Virus record (IMG/VR): IMGVR_UViG_3300017785_008116
Coordinates: 1 to 40,173 of that record
DNA: 40,173 nucleotides
Direction: 5' to 3' (one strand)
From: a virus
Taxonomy: Duplodnaviria; Caudoviricetes
The translations under genes and the position numbers were made by a program. Position 1 is the first letter of the stretch, and every line of letters starts with the position of its first letter. Positions 8,927-20,073 of this stretch are shown here, piece after piece. The notes below the pieces were generated by a model. It saw only the letters and a list, made by a program, of their open reading frames with translations, was not told the DNA's origin and did not search any database.

Positions 8927-9472
8927 TTAGTATTTTCTTTTTGGCGAGTTACCTGCACCTGGTTTTTTATCATCCCACTTTGTACCGCCAGGTAATTGTA
9001 CATTCTTATTTTGCAGGTTAATATCAAAATCAGCTGATTGTTCAGCTTCTACTTCTTCAGGTTTAATATTAATTTTAGATTTACGCTTTAATGAATCAGG
9101 AATTGGACCTCTATTGATACCATCGTCTTGAATTTCAAAAGCTTCAATAGGCACCGTCATAGGATTACGATAGAGGCCAGGGGCGTATTCAATAATAACA
9201 TCTGCAAAGATAGCATCAGGAGACTCTGTTCCTCCGCGATAGTTCTGAGAGGTTGTTGGATAAATAGATTTAAGAGCAGAAACTCTCAAGTTAAGGTCAA
9301 AACTTGGATCCATACAAGCTCTAACAATATCGATGAAGTTCTGACCTTTGCCCTTAAAGAACTCCATGGAAAGAACGTTCTTTTTAAAGCGAACTCGGTC
9401 TCCAATAAGAAAACCGCCCTGTTGATATCGCTCTAAGACATTTTCGTATAATACATCAAATTTTGTTTCCAT
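8927..9472 (-). CDS. Hypothetical late protein with acidic N-terminal leader
   Basis: 181 aa ORF with TAAATA upstream on the reverse strand (9487-9492); begins METKFDVLYENVLE. Confidence 0.75.
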   Translation of the reverse strand: METKFDVLYENVLERYQQGGFLIGDRVRFKKNVLSMEFFKGKGQNFIDIVRACMDPSFDLNLRVSALKSIYPTTSQNYRGGTESPDAIFADVIIEYAPGLYRNPMTVPIEAFEIQDDGINRGPIPDSLKRKSKINIKPEEVEAEQSADFDINLQNKNVQLPGGTKWDDKKPGAGNSPKRKY

Positions 9473-9486
9473 AGTTATTCTGATAT

Positions 9487-9512
9487 TATTTATGCAACTC
9501 TTGCTCTAAATA
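9487..9512. promoter_or_regulatory. Divergent pair of late promoter cores (TAAATA)
   Basis: TATTTA at 9487-9492 (reverse, toward 9472) and TAAATA at 9507-9512 (forward, toward 9523). Confidence 0.6.
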
Positions 9513-9522
9513 ATAGTGTAAA

Positions 9523-10023
9523 ATGGCAATAAGATTTAAAGAGCTTGAAACCCTTGCAAATACATATACTGATAAAGGTTATTTGTATAAGGATCTTGCT
9601 CTTGATTTACAGCAAAAACAAACAATTGAACCTGGCTATACGACAGCTGTGCGTGGTGCAGATATTAAGGTTTCAACTAATTTAGCTGCTATTCAAAACT
9701 CTCTACAAAACCTATTTAATACCTTACCTGGTCAGAGATTTTTGTTTCCTGAATATGGTTTAGATTTGTACCAATTTCTATTTTCACCAATAACAGATCT
9801 AAATGCTAGAGTTTTAGGCGAAAGAGTACTTCAAAGTATTAAAGTTTATGAGCCTCGAGTAATAGCTCGTAATGTTAATATTACTGTAGACCCAGATGGT
9901 AGTCAGTATTTTCTAAATATTACTATCGAAGTACCTGCTTTAAATTTAATAGACCGAACAGATTTTCTACTCGATACAAAAAAACAATCTTTTATTTTCG
10001 TACCTAACTCTAGAAACAAATAA
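9523..10023 (+). CDS. Baseplate wedge protein gp25-like
   Basis: Y.DL.LD...AIQNSLQNLFNTLPGQRFLFPEYG...YEPRV, the gp25/GPW signature. Confidence 0.9.
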   Translation: MAIRFKELETLANTYTDKGYLYKDLALDLQQKQTIEPGYTTAVRGADIKVSTNLAAIQNSLQNLFNTLPGQRFLFPEYGLDLYQFLFSPITDLNARVLGERVLQSIKVYEPRVIARNVNITVDPDGSQYFLNITIEVPALNLIDRTDFLLDTKKQSFIFVPNSRNK

Positions 10024-10025
10024 CT

Positions 10026-11846
10026 ATGGCAAATTCAACTTCAACAAATAACTATGATATACCTAAAGACGGGTATGTAGCTTTTGATGCTTTATCCTTA
10101 AGACAGCTTATTATTAATCGTCTTAATGAGGAAGGCACTTTTACTGATCAAAATTCTATTGGTTCCAACTTAGCATCTATTATAGATATTGTTTCTTATT
10201 CCTATAACACGTTAATTTATTATCTCAATAAAACAGCTACAGAATCGATGTTTACTGAAGCCCAATTATTAGAAAATATTAATAGAATAGTAAAAATTAT
10301 AGACTATTCACCAATAGGGGATCAAACAGCTACTTTAAATTTTTCATGCTCAGCAAATACCTTCAGCCAAGGATTTTATACTATACCTCGCTACTCTTAT
10401 CTACTTCTTAACAACATACCATATTCCTTTAATGAGGATATTACATTTGCTAAAACTCAAAATACTATTACTGAAAGTCTGAATGAGTTAGCTCAACAAA
10501 AATTACTCTTCCAGGGCCTTTTTAATGAATATCCAGTTTATACAGCTACTGGAGAAAGTAATGAGGCACTCTTATTAGATATTCGTAATGAGGTTGTTGA
10601 TCATTTCAACGTCAATGTTTATGTTAAGTCTTTCCTTACTGGTGTTTGGAGACAGTATACAAGAACAACAAATTTATATTTAGAAGATGGGTTTGCTGAG
10701 AAATATGAAATTAGACTGAATAGCAATAACCGTTATGAAATTAAATTTGGTAATAACATTAATGGCAAACAATTACAGCCTGGTGACCAAGTAGCTGTTT
10801 ATTATCTTGTTAGCAAAGGGCCTGCAGGAGAAGTTGGAGCTAATACAATTAATAATACATCTTTACTTCTTTACACCTCAGTTCAATATAATCAAATATT
10901 AAACAACATCAATCTAAACAATAATCGTTATGTAAGCTCATCGGAAACTAACTTTTTTATATTTGCTAATTCATCAGCCTCAACAACGTTTCAAAGTAAA
11001 GAGACTCCAGATGAAATTCGCCAAAATGCTCCCTCTACTTATAAGAGCCAGTATCGTTTAGTTACCTTATCAGATTATGTAACATTTATAAAGACAAATT
11101 TTGCATATCTTTTTTCTGATATTAAGGCTGTTAATAATGCTGATTATGTTTCTGGGTATTTAAAATATTTTTATGATATAGGTCTTACAGATCCTACTAA
11201 CACAGAAAGAGCTCTCTTTAACCAGGTCCTATATTCTGATAGTTGTAACTTTAATAATGTTTATTTGATAGTAGTCCCAAAAGCAGAAACTCAAGATTAT
11301 ATTTTACCAGCTCAAAAAGAATTAATAAATTCAACAGTATCTCAGATTAAAATGACTACTACAGAAACAACATTTTTAGATCCATGCTACAAAGCAGTTG
11401 TTTTTGGTGTTAAGAATGATCTAACCTCTCCTTTAACTATTACTGATGACTCTTTTGGAGTTATAATTGTTACTAAACAAGGTAATTCCCGTCGGGACGA
11501 TCGTGCTATTGCTTCAGATACAGCTAACGTTTTTAAGAATTATTTTAATAAACAAAATTTAAAACTTGGTCAAACTCTTGATCTAAGAACTCTCACCCAA
11601 CAAATACTAGATATAGACGGTGTTGAGTCTTTTGTAACTGCAAATGAAAATGATAACAACGAGTTTGTACAAGGTTTATCCTTCTTTGTCTGGAACCCTC
11701 TTTATCCAGACAACGACAAACAAGTAACTCAAAATAGTGTTTCAATGAAATATTTTGAAATACCTTTCTTCTTCGACATAAACAATATTGAAAGTAGAAT
11801 TTTTGTTAATTCGTCTATTAATACCACTATGTCCTTAGAATATTAA
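10026..11846 (+). CDS. Baseplate wedge protein gp6-like
   Basis: FD.LR..I, GSNL..IID..SY, E.MF..AQL, YEIKFGN...GK, ET.DEIR.NAP..Y..QYR.VT..DY; follows gp25. Confidence 0.88.
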   Translation: MANSTSTNNYDIPKDGYVAFDALSLRQLIINRLNEEGTFTDQNSIGSNLASIIDIVSYSYNTLIYYLNKTATESMFTEAQLLENINRIVKIIDYSPIGDQTATLNFSCSANTFSQGFYTIPRYSYLLLNNIPYSFNEDITFAKTQNTITESLNELAQQKLLFQGLFNEYPVYTATGESNEALLLDIRNEVVDHFNVNVYVKSFLTGVWRQYTRTTNLYLEDGFAEKYEIRLNSNNRYEIKFGNNINGKQLQPGDQVAVYYLVSKGPAGEVGANTINNTSLLLYTSVQYNQILNNINLNNNRYVSSSETNFFIFANSSASTTFQSKETPDEIRQNAPSTYKSQYRLVTLSDYVTFIKTNFAYLFSDIKAVNNADYVSGYLKYFYDIGLTDPTNTERALFNQVLYSDSCNFNNVYLIVVPKAETQDYILPAQKELINSTVSQIKMTTTETTFLDPCYKAVVFGVKNDLTSPLTITDDSFGVIIVTKQGNSRRDDRAIASDTANVFKNYFNKQNLKLGQTLDLRTLTQQILDIDGVESFVTANENDNNEFVQGLSFFVWNPLYPDNDKQVTQNSVSMKYFEIPFFFDINNIESRIFVNSSINTTMSLEY

Positions 11847-11858
11847 ACATAAACAAAT

Positions 11859-14800
11859 ATGGTAACCGCTAATTTCTCTGTTACATTAAACCCTGTTACA
11901 CCAAATCCGGGTTATGTTAACGGCTCTATTTTTACCTTTGCTGACTTAACAACAAGTAGTAATAGTATTGTACATCGTACCTGGGATCTAGGAGACGGTT
12001 CTTTTGTATATGATGTTACCGAATTAACTAAAGTTTATAACTACCCAGGTGTATACGCTATATGTTTAACGGCTACAGATTTAATTGGTAGTATTAGTAC
12101 ATTTACAAGTAATGTATCAGTTGATTACTATTTGCGAGATTCTGTAGAATTTACTAGTTTGCCTAGTAACTATGCAAACCCTGGAAGCTTTCCAAACACC
12201 CCTTTTCAAGTCAAAATAAGCACAGCTCAAATAGACCAACCAATTTTCTTAAATTTATTTGCTGCGAATTCCCAATCAACCCCATACCAATTTGTACCTG
12301 AGCACTGGAAATTTTTAACTCCAACATGGAGATTTACTGATAATGAATTTAACTTTGTTACCTCGCTATCTGTTAATACGTTACCTGTTTATTTTAATAA
12401 TAGTATAGTAGGTCTGACAGGTGAAACAGAGTTTTATTACGTAGACGGTTCAAGTACAGGTAACCCTGAAAGTAATTGCCCTATTGTTATTACAGCAACT
12501 ATGGAAACTTCAGGATTTTCATATCCTAAAGATAGTAACGTTTACCCTTATCCAGGCTATGCAAATAATAAAAATACAATAGCTGCTACTACCTGGCTAG
12601 TTAACGATTTAAGACCTAACTTCCTAAAGATAACTGAAAACTATCTTACCGATATATTTCCACAAAAATGGGAAGGAGTTAAAATACCCTTTCTTATAAC
12701 TTGTCATAATAAACGAAACGATGTTATATCAGATGTTTTATTTTCTTATCCTGATTCTAATTTGAATGGTAGTATTAGTAGCATTAATGTCACCTTATCT
12801 AATACTCAAAACTTTATCGTAGATGAATCTCCCCTTTACTTTAAGGCCACTGATGAAAATAATTCTAAGACAGGTGGGTTTTTATTCACTACCTTAACCC
12901 CAACTTCTACTGTTAATACTACAGTTATACAGGCTAGTACTGTAGCGTTTTATACCCCTGATACTACAACTGACTTTCCTTTCCCGGCCGGAGAAGGAGC
13001 TAATGTTAATGTATGGGTATCTAATCCTGAACAAGACTCAATTAATAAAATATTATTAGGTTACTATTCTGACACATGTAAGGTTATAAACAGTTACAAA
13101 GATCGAGATGGGTTATATGAAGGACATGTTACTCAAATAAATGTACCAAAAATAGATTCTACCACTACTTATAACTACAGTATATCTAGTTTTTCAGGTA
13201 TATATGGAATGGCTGTAGACCCTACAAATTATAATTTAATTGCTACAGATACTGAACTCGATCGCATTTACAAATTTGATACTGAGGGCACACTTTTAAG
13301 TACATTTTATTTGTCTGCTTTAGCCATTCACCCAAGTGCATCTGGAAATTATACTCCAACTGATATATCTCTTGATAGTAATTTAAATATTTACGTATGT
13401 CTATACAATGCAGTTTCAGTTTTAAAATTTGATATTAATCTTAACTATCTACAAACTTTATCTCCAACTGGTATAAACCTGTATAATACACTTAGTGGGG
13501 ATTTCTTATTAAAACCATTTGCTGTTGAAACCGATAAGACAAATAATGTTTGGGTAACTTATGCAAACCCTCTATGTAGCTTATTAGTTAAATACAACAC
13601 TACAGGATCTTCTATATATCAAATAAGCTTACCGATAAATAGCGAACCAATAGATTTAGGTATTAACAAAAATAACAATGTTTGGGTTTGTAATAGTTAT
13701 AGTAATACTCTTAGTGGTGGGTCTTTGCAGTTGTATAGTTCCACTGGTACATTAATATCTACAGTGTCCGGGTTCACTAGACCTAGCAATATAGCTATCG
13801 ATCGAGGTAGTAATGTCTGGTTTACATATGGTATAGAAAATATAGGTTATTACTCTACAACAGGCACTTTATCTACGTGGGTGCTTTCTGCTGTTAGTAA
13901 TACCTTTGTACCCGTACAACTAAGTGCTTACCCAATCTTGCAAAGAAGAGAACTAGGGGGTATTGCTATTGACATATACAATCGGGTCTGGACCATTAAC
14001 GCCTTTAATAATAAAACATTTACTTTCCTAGCCTCTTCTACTATTGCAAATGTTAAAGGAGTTTCTATAATACCTTCAGTTTCAAATTTTGATGAGCCTT
14101 TTAGAGCTGCGCAAGCTATTGGAGACTGGACTGGTAATAAGTGGTACCAAAAGTTTTATAGCCCTAGTAGTGTCTCAGCTATACCTCTAACAGGGACCTC
14201 TACACCTTTTTCAATATTAAAATTCGAAAATCCTTCACAAATTTTTCGTATAAATGAAAACTTTGATACAGCAAGTCATTTAAAATCTTTAGCTTTACCA
14301 GAAATATTAAGTCAAAATACCCAATTTTTTGATACGTTTTTAGGGGCTGTTGTAGGTAATAGTTTATTAAGCTCTACTGAGGATTTAGGTCAAACCGTTT
14401 ATGAGCGTATAGCAAACTTTGTATACAATACTGGGGATATTGATACTTGTAATATAGATCAGCTTTTATCCTTTGCTCAAGAAACTGACACATCTTTTAT
14501 AAACTACGGTCTAACCTTACCAGCAGATATTAAAAAATATTTAGATATAGCATCAGTACCCAAAACAAAATTATGGGGTATACAATCCCCTATACCACTT
14601 TCATCTGAAAGTGTGGGTCAACAGCTTAATACCCAAACAGCCCTAGTAACAGCCGGTGCTAAAATATACATTTTAAATAAATTTAGTAATGAATATAGCC
14701 TCTTTACTGTACCGTTACTATCCACTCAATCAACTGTACCTCTCTCCGGTCAATCAGTTTACCCTCTATCCTCTATGAGCGGTACTGGTTTGGTATCACC

Positions 14801-14996
14801 TTTTTTGAATAGTTATCTATTTTTTGAATACACACCTGTATATTCAAGTACTTTTATTGAAAATATTATAGACTGGTCTAATCCTAATACAACCCTTAAC
14901 CCTAGCCTATCAACCTCAAATAACTGGTACGGTGAAACAGAGGGAATAGAAAAAGTATTTAACTATTTGTTAACCAAATATATTATAGTTAAATAA
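11859..14996 (+). CDS. Large baseplate protein (gp7-like position) with PKD and beta-propeller domains
   Basis: N-terminal PKD (WDLGDG...YNYPGVY); repeated 'P..I.ID..NNVWV' blades; C-terminal 'YERIANFV....DIDTC....L.S' region; follows gp6. Confidence 0.6.
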   Translation: MVTANFSVTLNPVTPNPGYVNGSIFTFADLTTSSNSIVHRTWDLGDGSFVYDVTELTKVYNYPGVYAICLTATDLIGSISTFTSNVSVDYYLRDSVEFTSLPSNYANPGSFPNTPFQVKISTAQIDQPIFLNLFAANSQSTPYQFVPEHWKFLTPTWRFTDNEFNFVTSLSVNTLPVYFNNSIVGLTGETEFYYVDGSSTGNPESNCPIVITATMETSGFSYPKDSNVYPYPGYANNKNTIAATTWLVNDLRPNFLKITENYLTDIFPQKWEGVKIPFLITCHNKRNDVISDVLFSYPDSNLNGSISSINVTLSNTQNFIVDESPLYFKATDENNSKTGGFLFTTLTPTSTVNTTVIQASTVAFYTPDTTTDFPFPAGEGANVNVWVSNPEQDSINKILLGYYSDTCKVINSYKDRDGLYEGHVTQINVPKIDSTTTYNYSISSFSGIYGMAVDPTNYNLIATDTELDRIYKFDTEGTLLSTFYLSALAIHPSASGNYTPTDISLDSNLNIYVCLYNAVSVLKFDINLNYLQTLSPTGINLYNTLSGDFLLKPFAVETDKTNNVWVTYANPLCSLLVKYNTTGSSIYQISLPINSEPIDLGINKNNNVWVCNSYSNTLSGGSLQLYSSTGTLISTVSGFTRPSNIAIDRGSNVWFTYGIENIGYYSTTGTLSTWVLSAVSNTFVPVQLSAYPILQRRELGGIAIDIYNRVWTINAFNNKTFTFLASSTIANVKGVSIIPSVSNFDEPFRAAQAIGDWTGNKWYQKFYSPSSVSAIPLTGTSTPFSILKFENPSQIFRINENFDTASHLKSLALPEILSQNTQFFDTFLGAVVGNSLLSSTEDLGQTVYERIANFVYNTGDIDTCNIDQLLSFAQETDTSFINYGLTLPADIKKYLDIASVPKTKLWGIQSPIPLSSESVGQQLNTQTALVTAGAKIYILNKFSNEYSLFTVPLLSTQSTVPLSGQSVYPLSSMSGTGLVSPFLNSYLFFEYTPVYSSTFIENIIDWSNPNTTLNPSLSTSNNWYGETEGIEKVFNYLLTKYIIVK

Positions 14997-15011
14997 TAAT
15001 GATAACCTACC

Positions 15012-18000
15012 GTGGCTACAAATAATCAGCAGTATAATACCTATGCCCAGCCTACATCCAAGACATCAACTGTCTTAGATAATGCATCTCCCTTGTCTTT
15101 TAAGGAGTGGTATCAAGCATATGTTGGTATAATACCAGGCCAGGAATATAATCAATACAACACCTATTTAACAGAGTGGTATGCTGATAAACAAAAAGAA
15201 ACTATAGATTATGATGCTCAATTAAGACTAACCTATTTAGGTCTTCTAAAACAGTTACAACTCTTTTTCAACAGTAAGGATGTTGAAGACTGGTATAATA
15301 ACATAGATTTTAATAGCGAGAAAGAATTATTAATAGCTATACCATATTTTGCTCGAAAGCTAAAAAGTATAGCAATTTACTACTTACAGCTTCGCGAAGA
15401 AGTTAAAAAGTCTAAAATAAAGTATAATCAAATTGGTTCTAATAAAGGTCTTATACAAGATTTACAAGAACAGCTTTTACTTGGTTTTACTAAAAAGAGA
15501 CCAGGGGATATAACCTTACCTCAAAGCATTTGGTCGAATGTACCTGACCTAAGTTCAGTTAAAGATACTATATCTATTACAATAGAAGAACTTTACGACG
15601 ATCACCACTACAGTGATCAAAGTACATCCCTGCCTGCTTCTGCCTATTATAATTTAGAGGATGTAAATCTTGAAGCATATTTAAATAGTAAAAATATACC
15701 TTTAACAGAAACTGAATGGATTTACAAGCAAGGAAACACAATAGTTACTATAGAGGATATAGTTAATAATTTGACCTTAACAAAAGATATTTTTACAAAA
15801 TATATAGGCGAACAAAAATTTACTGACCTACAAAGCTCTACAACCTCTCTACTTAGCACCCCTGTAACCATTTATGATGTTTTGATCAATGAAGGTAATA
15901 ATTTTTTCTATTGGCCGTACGGTTCTTACAAACCAGATATTTCTACTACAACAAGATTAGAAGCGGTACCTTTAACTAGCGCTAAAATAGAGTTTTTAGG
16001 AACAGGGGGAACCGATATTGTTAACTCTGACACTATTTTTGTAAAAACTGTAAGAGGGGTTGAAGGAGCATGGCTTCGCTTTAAGCAATACGAAGAAACT
16101 CCTGAACAAATGTCTGTTTACGTAGAAGGCAATAAACAGGTTACATTTAAATACCCTTTCCCCGGGTTTGGTTTATCAGCAGATGATATTGATTGGACTG
16201 GACCTAGTCTACTATACACTTCAGAATATCAATACTTAGAAAGCAAGTTAAAAGAGTTAGTAAACCAGGCTTATTGGAACCTTGATATATCTCTTTCTGG
16301 GGCAGATTCAATTCAAATAAATGATACAACTTTAATAGAGGTCGGGGCCTACCCTAGCGAAAAGTATAGTACTGCTGACAAAATTAGAATTCGCCCTACC
16401 TCTCCAAGCTATACAGACCCAGCTGCATACGGGGACACTCAAGAGGCCTGGTTATATAAAATGGTTAAGTCTGATATCCCTATCGGTTCAGAAAATAACT
16501 TAATTGTTTGGCCTTATCAAAGAATTAGCAATACAGAGCCTTTCCCTTCTTATTTACCTAAAGATATTACAACTGTTTGTGAGCCTGTAGGGATACAGGA
16601 TTTAAATATACCTTTTGCAACAAGCTCAAATAGTATAACAGCATCAGATGTAATCTATAAATTAGCAAAATATACAGATGCTGAAACTGATGCTACAGAG
16701 TGTGCATGGCTATCAGGACAGACCTACACATATGGCAAATACACTGGTACGTCTCAATCTGGCTTAAATGCAATATTTAGAACTGGAGAGTATATACATT
16801 TTATTTGGGAAGGGGAAGATCTTACTGATGCTAATAATGTCTTTAAAACACTCAGACATCAACCCGATTGTACATTTGTAAGAACAGCAAGCTCATATAA
16901 AGAATTTAGTCTATGTAACTGTAAAGCTACTTTATTTACACCATTTGGACATCCAAGCGCTGAGTTTACTGATAATAATAGTCTTGCTGATTTTATAATA
17001 GAACAGGTTAATGATGAGTTTGTCGACTTGACAACATGGACAGATTTTAATGGAACAACTTACACTAGTAGTTCTGCTTTTGCGTTTTATAAAACTAATA
17101 ACTCTATAGGCTGGGGCGACGGAAGTTGGTACTCTGGAGTACCCTCTGTATCAAACAGATTTTTCTTAAGACAGGGTCATAGTTATATTTACAGACGAGC
17201 ATCCGATAATACATTAGAACAGCCAGACACATTTCCATTTTTTGTGGCTCGTTACCCTTATAATAGAAAGTCTTTATGGGTTAACGCAATTAAAGATAAT
17301 GAAGGTAACTGGAACAGTAGTGACACATCTTCAACTATGGTCTTAAGACCAGGAGATGTTATTCTTTATAAAAAAGCGCCTACAGCTACGTATAGTGCTG
17401 TTTCTTCTGTTGATACAGGAACTACAGAAATTACTGCCACAAACCAAGGAAGTATTTGGGCCACTTACGACTACCTAACTATAGATAAAGACGTTAACAG
17501 ATTACCACAGACTACTACAGTCTCATACCCCAATGTATTTTACCCTTATGGAGCAAAAACTCAACCCGAATACGCAGAGACTTACGCTCAGTACCCGGAT
17601 GTAAATTATGGTAATATTGTAACAGCATCTTGGAAATTAATAGACCCAGAGGGTACTGAATATGATTTTTATAACACTTTTAGTTTTAACTTTGTAGCCT
17701 TAACCTTAGGTAACTATACAGTGCTATTAACAGCTATTACAGCTGCTCAAGTATCACCTACTCAAGTATATACATCTACAACTTCAGGCTTTTATATATT
17801 TTCAGGCATACCTCAAATTTCTGCAGTTGAACTAAACCTACCTACTACTCAAATTACTATTTCTTCTTATACTCAAGAATTACCTGGTTTTGTAATTAAT
17901 ACCCCACTCTTTGGATGGAACTATAATACAGGAAGACCTAATTCAAATGCAAATGGGGTTAAACCGTACTGGGCTTTAGGTAATACAACATATAAAGATG

Positions 18001-20072
18001 TTATAAGTTGGGGAGCTAGCTTCAGAGTCGTTGATGATTATAATGTTATAACTCAGCCCCTGTTTTCTGATTTAGTTATTAGTACAGGTAATCTTGTTGA
18101 GTATGATAGAAAATATATAAGCTCGTTTACTTGGATCCAACCTATCAATTATAAAATTGAAGTTAATGAAAATATATGGAGCACTATACAGATAGTGACA
18201 ACTGCAACTTCAAATCTTGAACCCTTATTATATAATCTAACCAATCAATCTATATCTATACCTACTACAGATATCTCTCCTATAACCTTAACTAATGTTG
18301 TTGATAATCAACCAGTTGAAGTTTACTACAAGAGTATTAATCCTTTTGTTTGGAGCATTTCAGCTACATCTGTAGTAGCTACTTCTGAATTTGGAACAGC
18401 CGATTTGGCTCTTATTGTTGACCCTCTTCGACCATGGAATAATTTAACAAATAGGTATTTTCCTGCTTATGCAATCTTTCCAGCACTAGATAAACTATAC
18501 AGTGCTACCGATAAAGGTGGATACTTTATCCCAAATAATTTAGGCATTTCAACATATCTAAATAAAGATTTTACATCTCAACTCTCGGTATCATCGAGCG
18601 TTCTATCCTCTTATTTCGAAGACGGTACAAAAAGAGCTGGAGGAAGAGGTTTCACCAAACAAGACCAACTTACCCCTTACACTATAGTAGAAGATAATAA
18701 CACATGGCTTAAAGAACCAGTAACTTCAGGCCCGATAGCAGGCAATCTTAAAAAACAAGTTACTAAAAAGTATCAAAAATTTATACCTTATCAATCTGTC
18801 TATGAAACTAACCCAAAGACACAGCTCGGACTTGTTCTTCCAACAAGCCGTCAGACACCATGGGGTGGTAATGAAGATTCAACATGGACAGATGAAGCTA
18901 ATAAGCCTCAAAATTTTTCAGGGGTAGTTAATGTTAGTGCATGGTCTGATACTCAAATCTTAAAACAAACCGGTAAAGTCCTTGACAATTGGGTAACTGA
19001 TATTTTTGGTAACCAATATGGTTTATATAAGGATGTGAATAACATGTCTCCGTATGAAAGAAGATTCATACCTGGCGAAATTTGGGTTCGTAAAAATACT
19101 CAATTTGTATCTCCTGGTAAAGAAGCTTTAAGTGCTGTTTTTGATACCTACACTGCACTCAATCTTTATAACCAGTTGACAGGGGTAGGGGTTACAAAAA
19201 TAGATATGTTTTTTGATACTCTGTATGTAGAAACTACCTCTGCAATTATATTAGAAGATTTAGATTATAACTTCGATACTGGTAATATTAGTAGTATAAC
19301 TGATAATGCTAGGTTTATTTCTTTAGCTGTTCCGGTTAGTGCCAACCTTATACGGGAAATACAAGACGGCGGAGATGTAACAAATTATAATATCTTTACT
19401 ATTGATGGTTCTTTTATAGTAGCGATCTCTGGAGAAGAATTAGTACAAATCGCGTCAACTGATTTTGCAAAACCTGGAGATACTTGGTTCTTACCAGAAG
19501 AAAAAGTAGTTATAATAAGTACATGCTATCAGCTTAGTAGTCTTGGCTTATACCCCGAACTCTATAAACTAGATCTAGTTACAAGAGACTTTCAAAAAAT
19601 CTTTCCTAATAATCAAGATATAACAACCCTTAGAGCGGTCTTATCTTCATATACCACTTTTGATCCTCCGGTTCTAAGCTATGACAAAACTAAAAACGAA
19701 TTTTTACTAACCCTACTAGCCGGAAACACAGATATTATAGAGTTTATAGTGCTTAATATACCCGACAGCCCTTTAAAAAATATTACAGTTTATACCTCAA
19801 CTAACGAAAATATAAAAATACCTCCATCAGTAACTAGCTCTTTATCTCTTACTGCTACTACCTCAGTTACCTTTAACTATACAGTAAGTGCATCTAACAG
19901 CCCGACCTCATATACAGTAACTGATAGTACAACCTATCCTTGGATATCGGCAAATAATTCAGGTATATTTACCGGTACTCCTACAGCATCAGGAAACTTC
20001 TATGTACCCTTTGCAATTACTAATAGTGTTGGTCCAACCTATTACTCTTTAAATATAACAGTATCATCATAA
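15012..20072 (+). CDS. Very large virion structural protein with C-terminal Ig-like domain
   Basis: 1686 aa, GTG start, TAAATA at 14990-14995. C-terminal 'FNYTVSASNSPTSY...W...SG..TGTPT..G.F...A.N..G' Ig-like module; embedded in the baseplate operon. Confidence 0.6.
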   Translation: MATNNQQYNTYAQPTSKTSTVLDNASPLSFKEWYQAYVGIIPGQEYNQYNTYLTEWYADKQKETIDYDAQLRLTYLGLLKQLQLFFNSKDVEDWYNNIDFNSEKELLIAIPYFARKLKSIAIYYLQLREEVKKSKIKYNQIGSNKGLIQDLQEQLLLGFTKKRPGDITLPQSIWSNVPDLSSVKDTISITIEELYDDHHYSDQSTSLPASAYYNLEDVNLEAYLNSKNIPLTETEWIYKQGNTIVTIEDIVNNLTLTKDIFTKYIGEQKFTDLQSSTTSLLSTPVTIYDVLINEGNNFFYWPYGSYKPDISTTTRLEAVPLTSAKIEFLGTGGTDIVNSDTIFVKTVRGVEGAWLRFKQYEETPEQMSVYVEGNKQVTFKYPFPGFGLSADDIDWTGPSLLYTSEYQYLESKLKELVNQAYWNLDISLSGADSIQINDTTLIEVGAYPSEKYSTADKIRIRPTSPSYTDPAAYGDTQEAWLYKMVKSDIPIGSENNLIVWPYQRISNTEPFPSYLPKDITTVCEPVGIQDLNIPFATSSNSITASDVIYKLAKYTDAETDATECAWLSGQTYTYGKYTGTSQSGLNAIFRTGEYIHFIWEGEDLTDANNVFKTLRHQPDCTFVRTASSYKEFSLCNCKATLFTPFGHPSAEFTDNNSLADFIIEQVNDEFVDLTTWTDFNGTTYTSSSAFAFYKTNNSIGWGDGSWYSGVPSVSNRFFLRQGHSYIYRRASDNTLEQPDTFPFFVARYPYNRKSLWVNAIKDNEGNWNSSDTSSTMVLRPGDVILYKKAPTATYSAVSSVDTGTTEITATNQGSIWATYDYLTIDKDVNRLPQTTTVSYPNVFYPYGAKTQPEYAETYAQYPDVNYGNIVTASWKLIDPEGTEYDFYNTFSFNFVALTLGNYTVLLTAITAAQVSPTQVYTSTTSGFYIFSGIPQISAVELNLPTTQITISSYTQELPGFVINTPLFGWNYNTGRPNSNANGVKPYWALGNTTYKDVISWGASFRVVDDYNVITQPLFSDLVISTGNLVEYDRKYISSFTWIQPINYKIEVNENIWSTIQIVTTATSNLEPLLYNLTNQSISIPTTDISPITLTNVVDNQPVEVYYKSINPFVWSISATSVVATSEFGTADLALIVDPLRPWNNLTNRYFPAYAIFPALDKLYSATDKGGYFIPNNLGISTYLNKDFTSQLSVSSSVLSSYFEDGTKRAGGRGFTKQDQLTPYTIVEDNNTWLKEPVTSGPIAGNLKKQVTKKYQKFIPYQSVYETNPKTQLGLVLPTSRQTPWGGNEDSTWTDEANKPQNFSGVVNVSAWSDTQILKQTGKVLDNWVTDIFGNQYGLYKDVNNMSPYERRFIPGEIWVRKNTQFVSPGKEALSAVFDTYTALNLYNQLTGVGVTKIDMFFDTLYVETTSAIILEDLDYNFDTGNISSITDNARFISLAVPVSANLIREIQDGGDVTNYNIFTIDGSFIVAISGEELVQIASTDFAKPGDTWFLPEEKVVIISTCYQLSSLGLYPELYKLDLVTRDFQKIFPNNQDITTLRAVLSSYTTFDPPVLSYDKTKNEFLLTLLAGNTDIIEFIVLNIPDSPLKNITVYTSTNENIKIPPSVTSSLSLTATTSVTFNYTVSASNSPTSYTVTDSTTYPWISANNSGIFTGTPTASGNFYVPFAITNSVGPTYYSLNITVSS

Positions 20073-20073
20073 T

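Noticed and set aside
5995-9436. Short ORFs 5995..6183, 6950..7174, 8468..8695 and 9128..9436
   Set aside because: Fully nested in or antisense to well-supported genes; no motifs or promoter.
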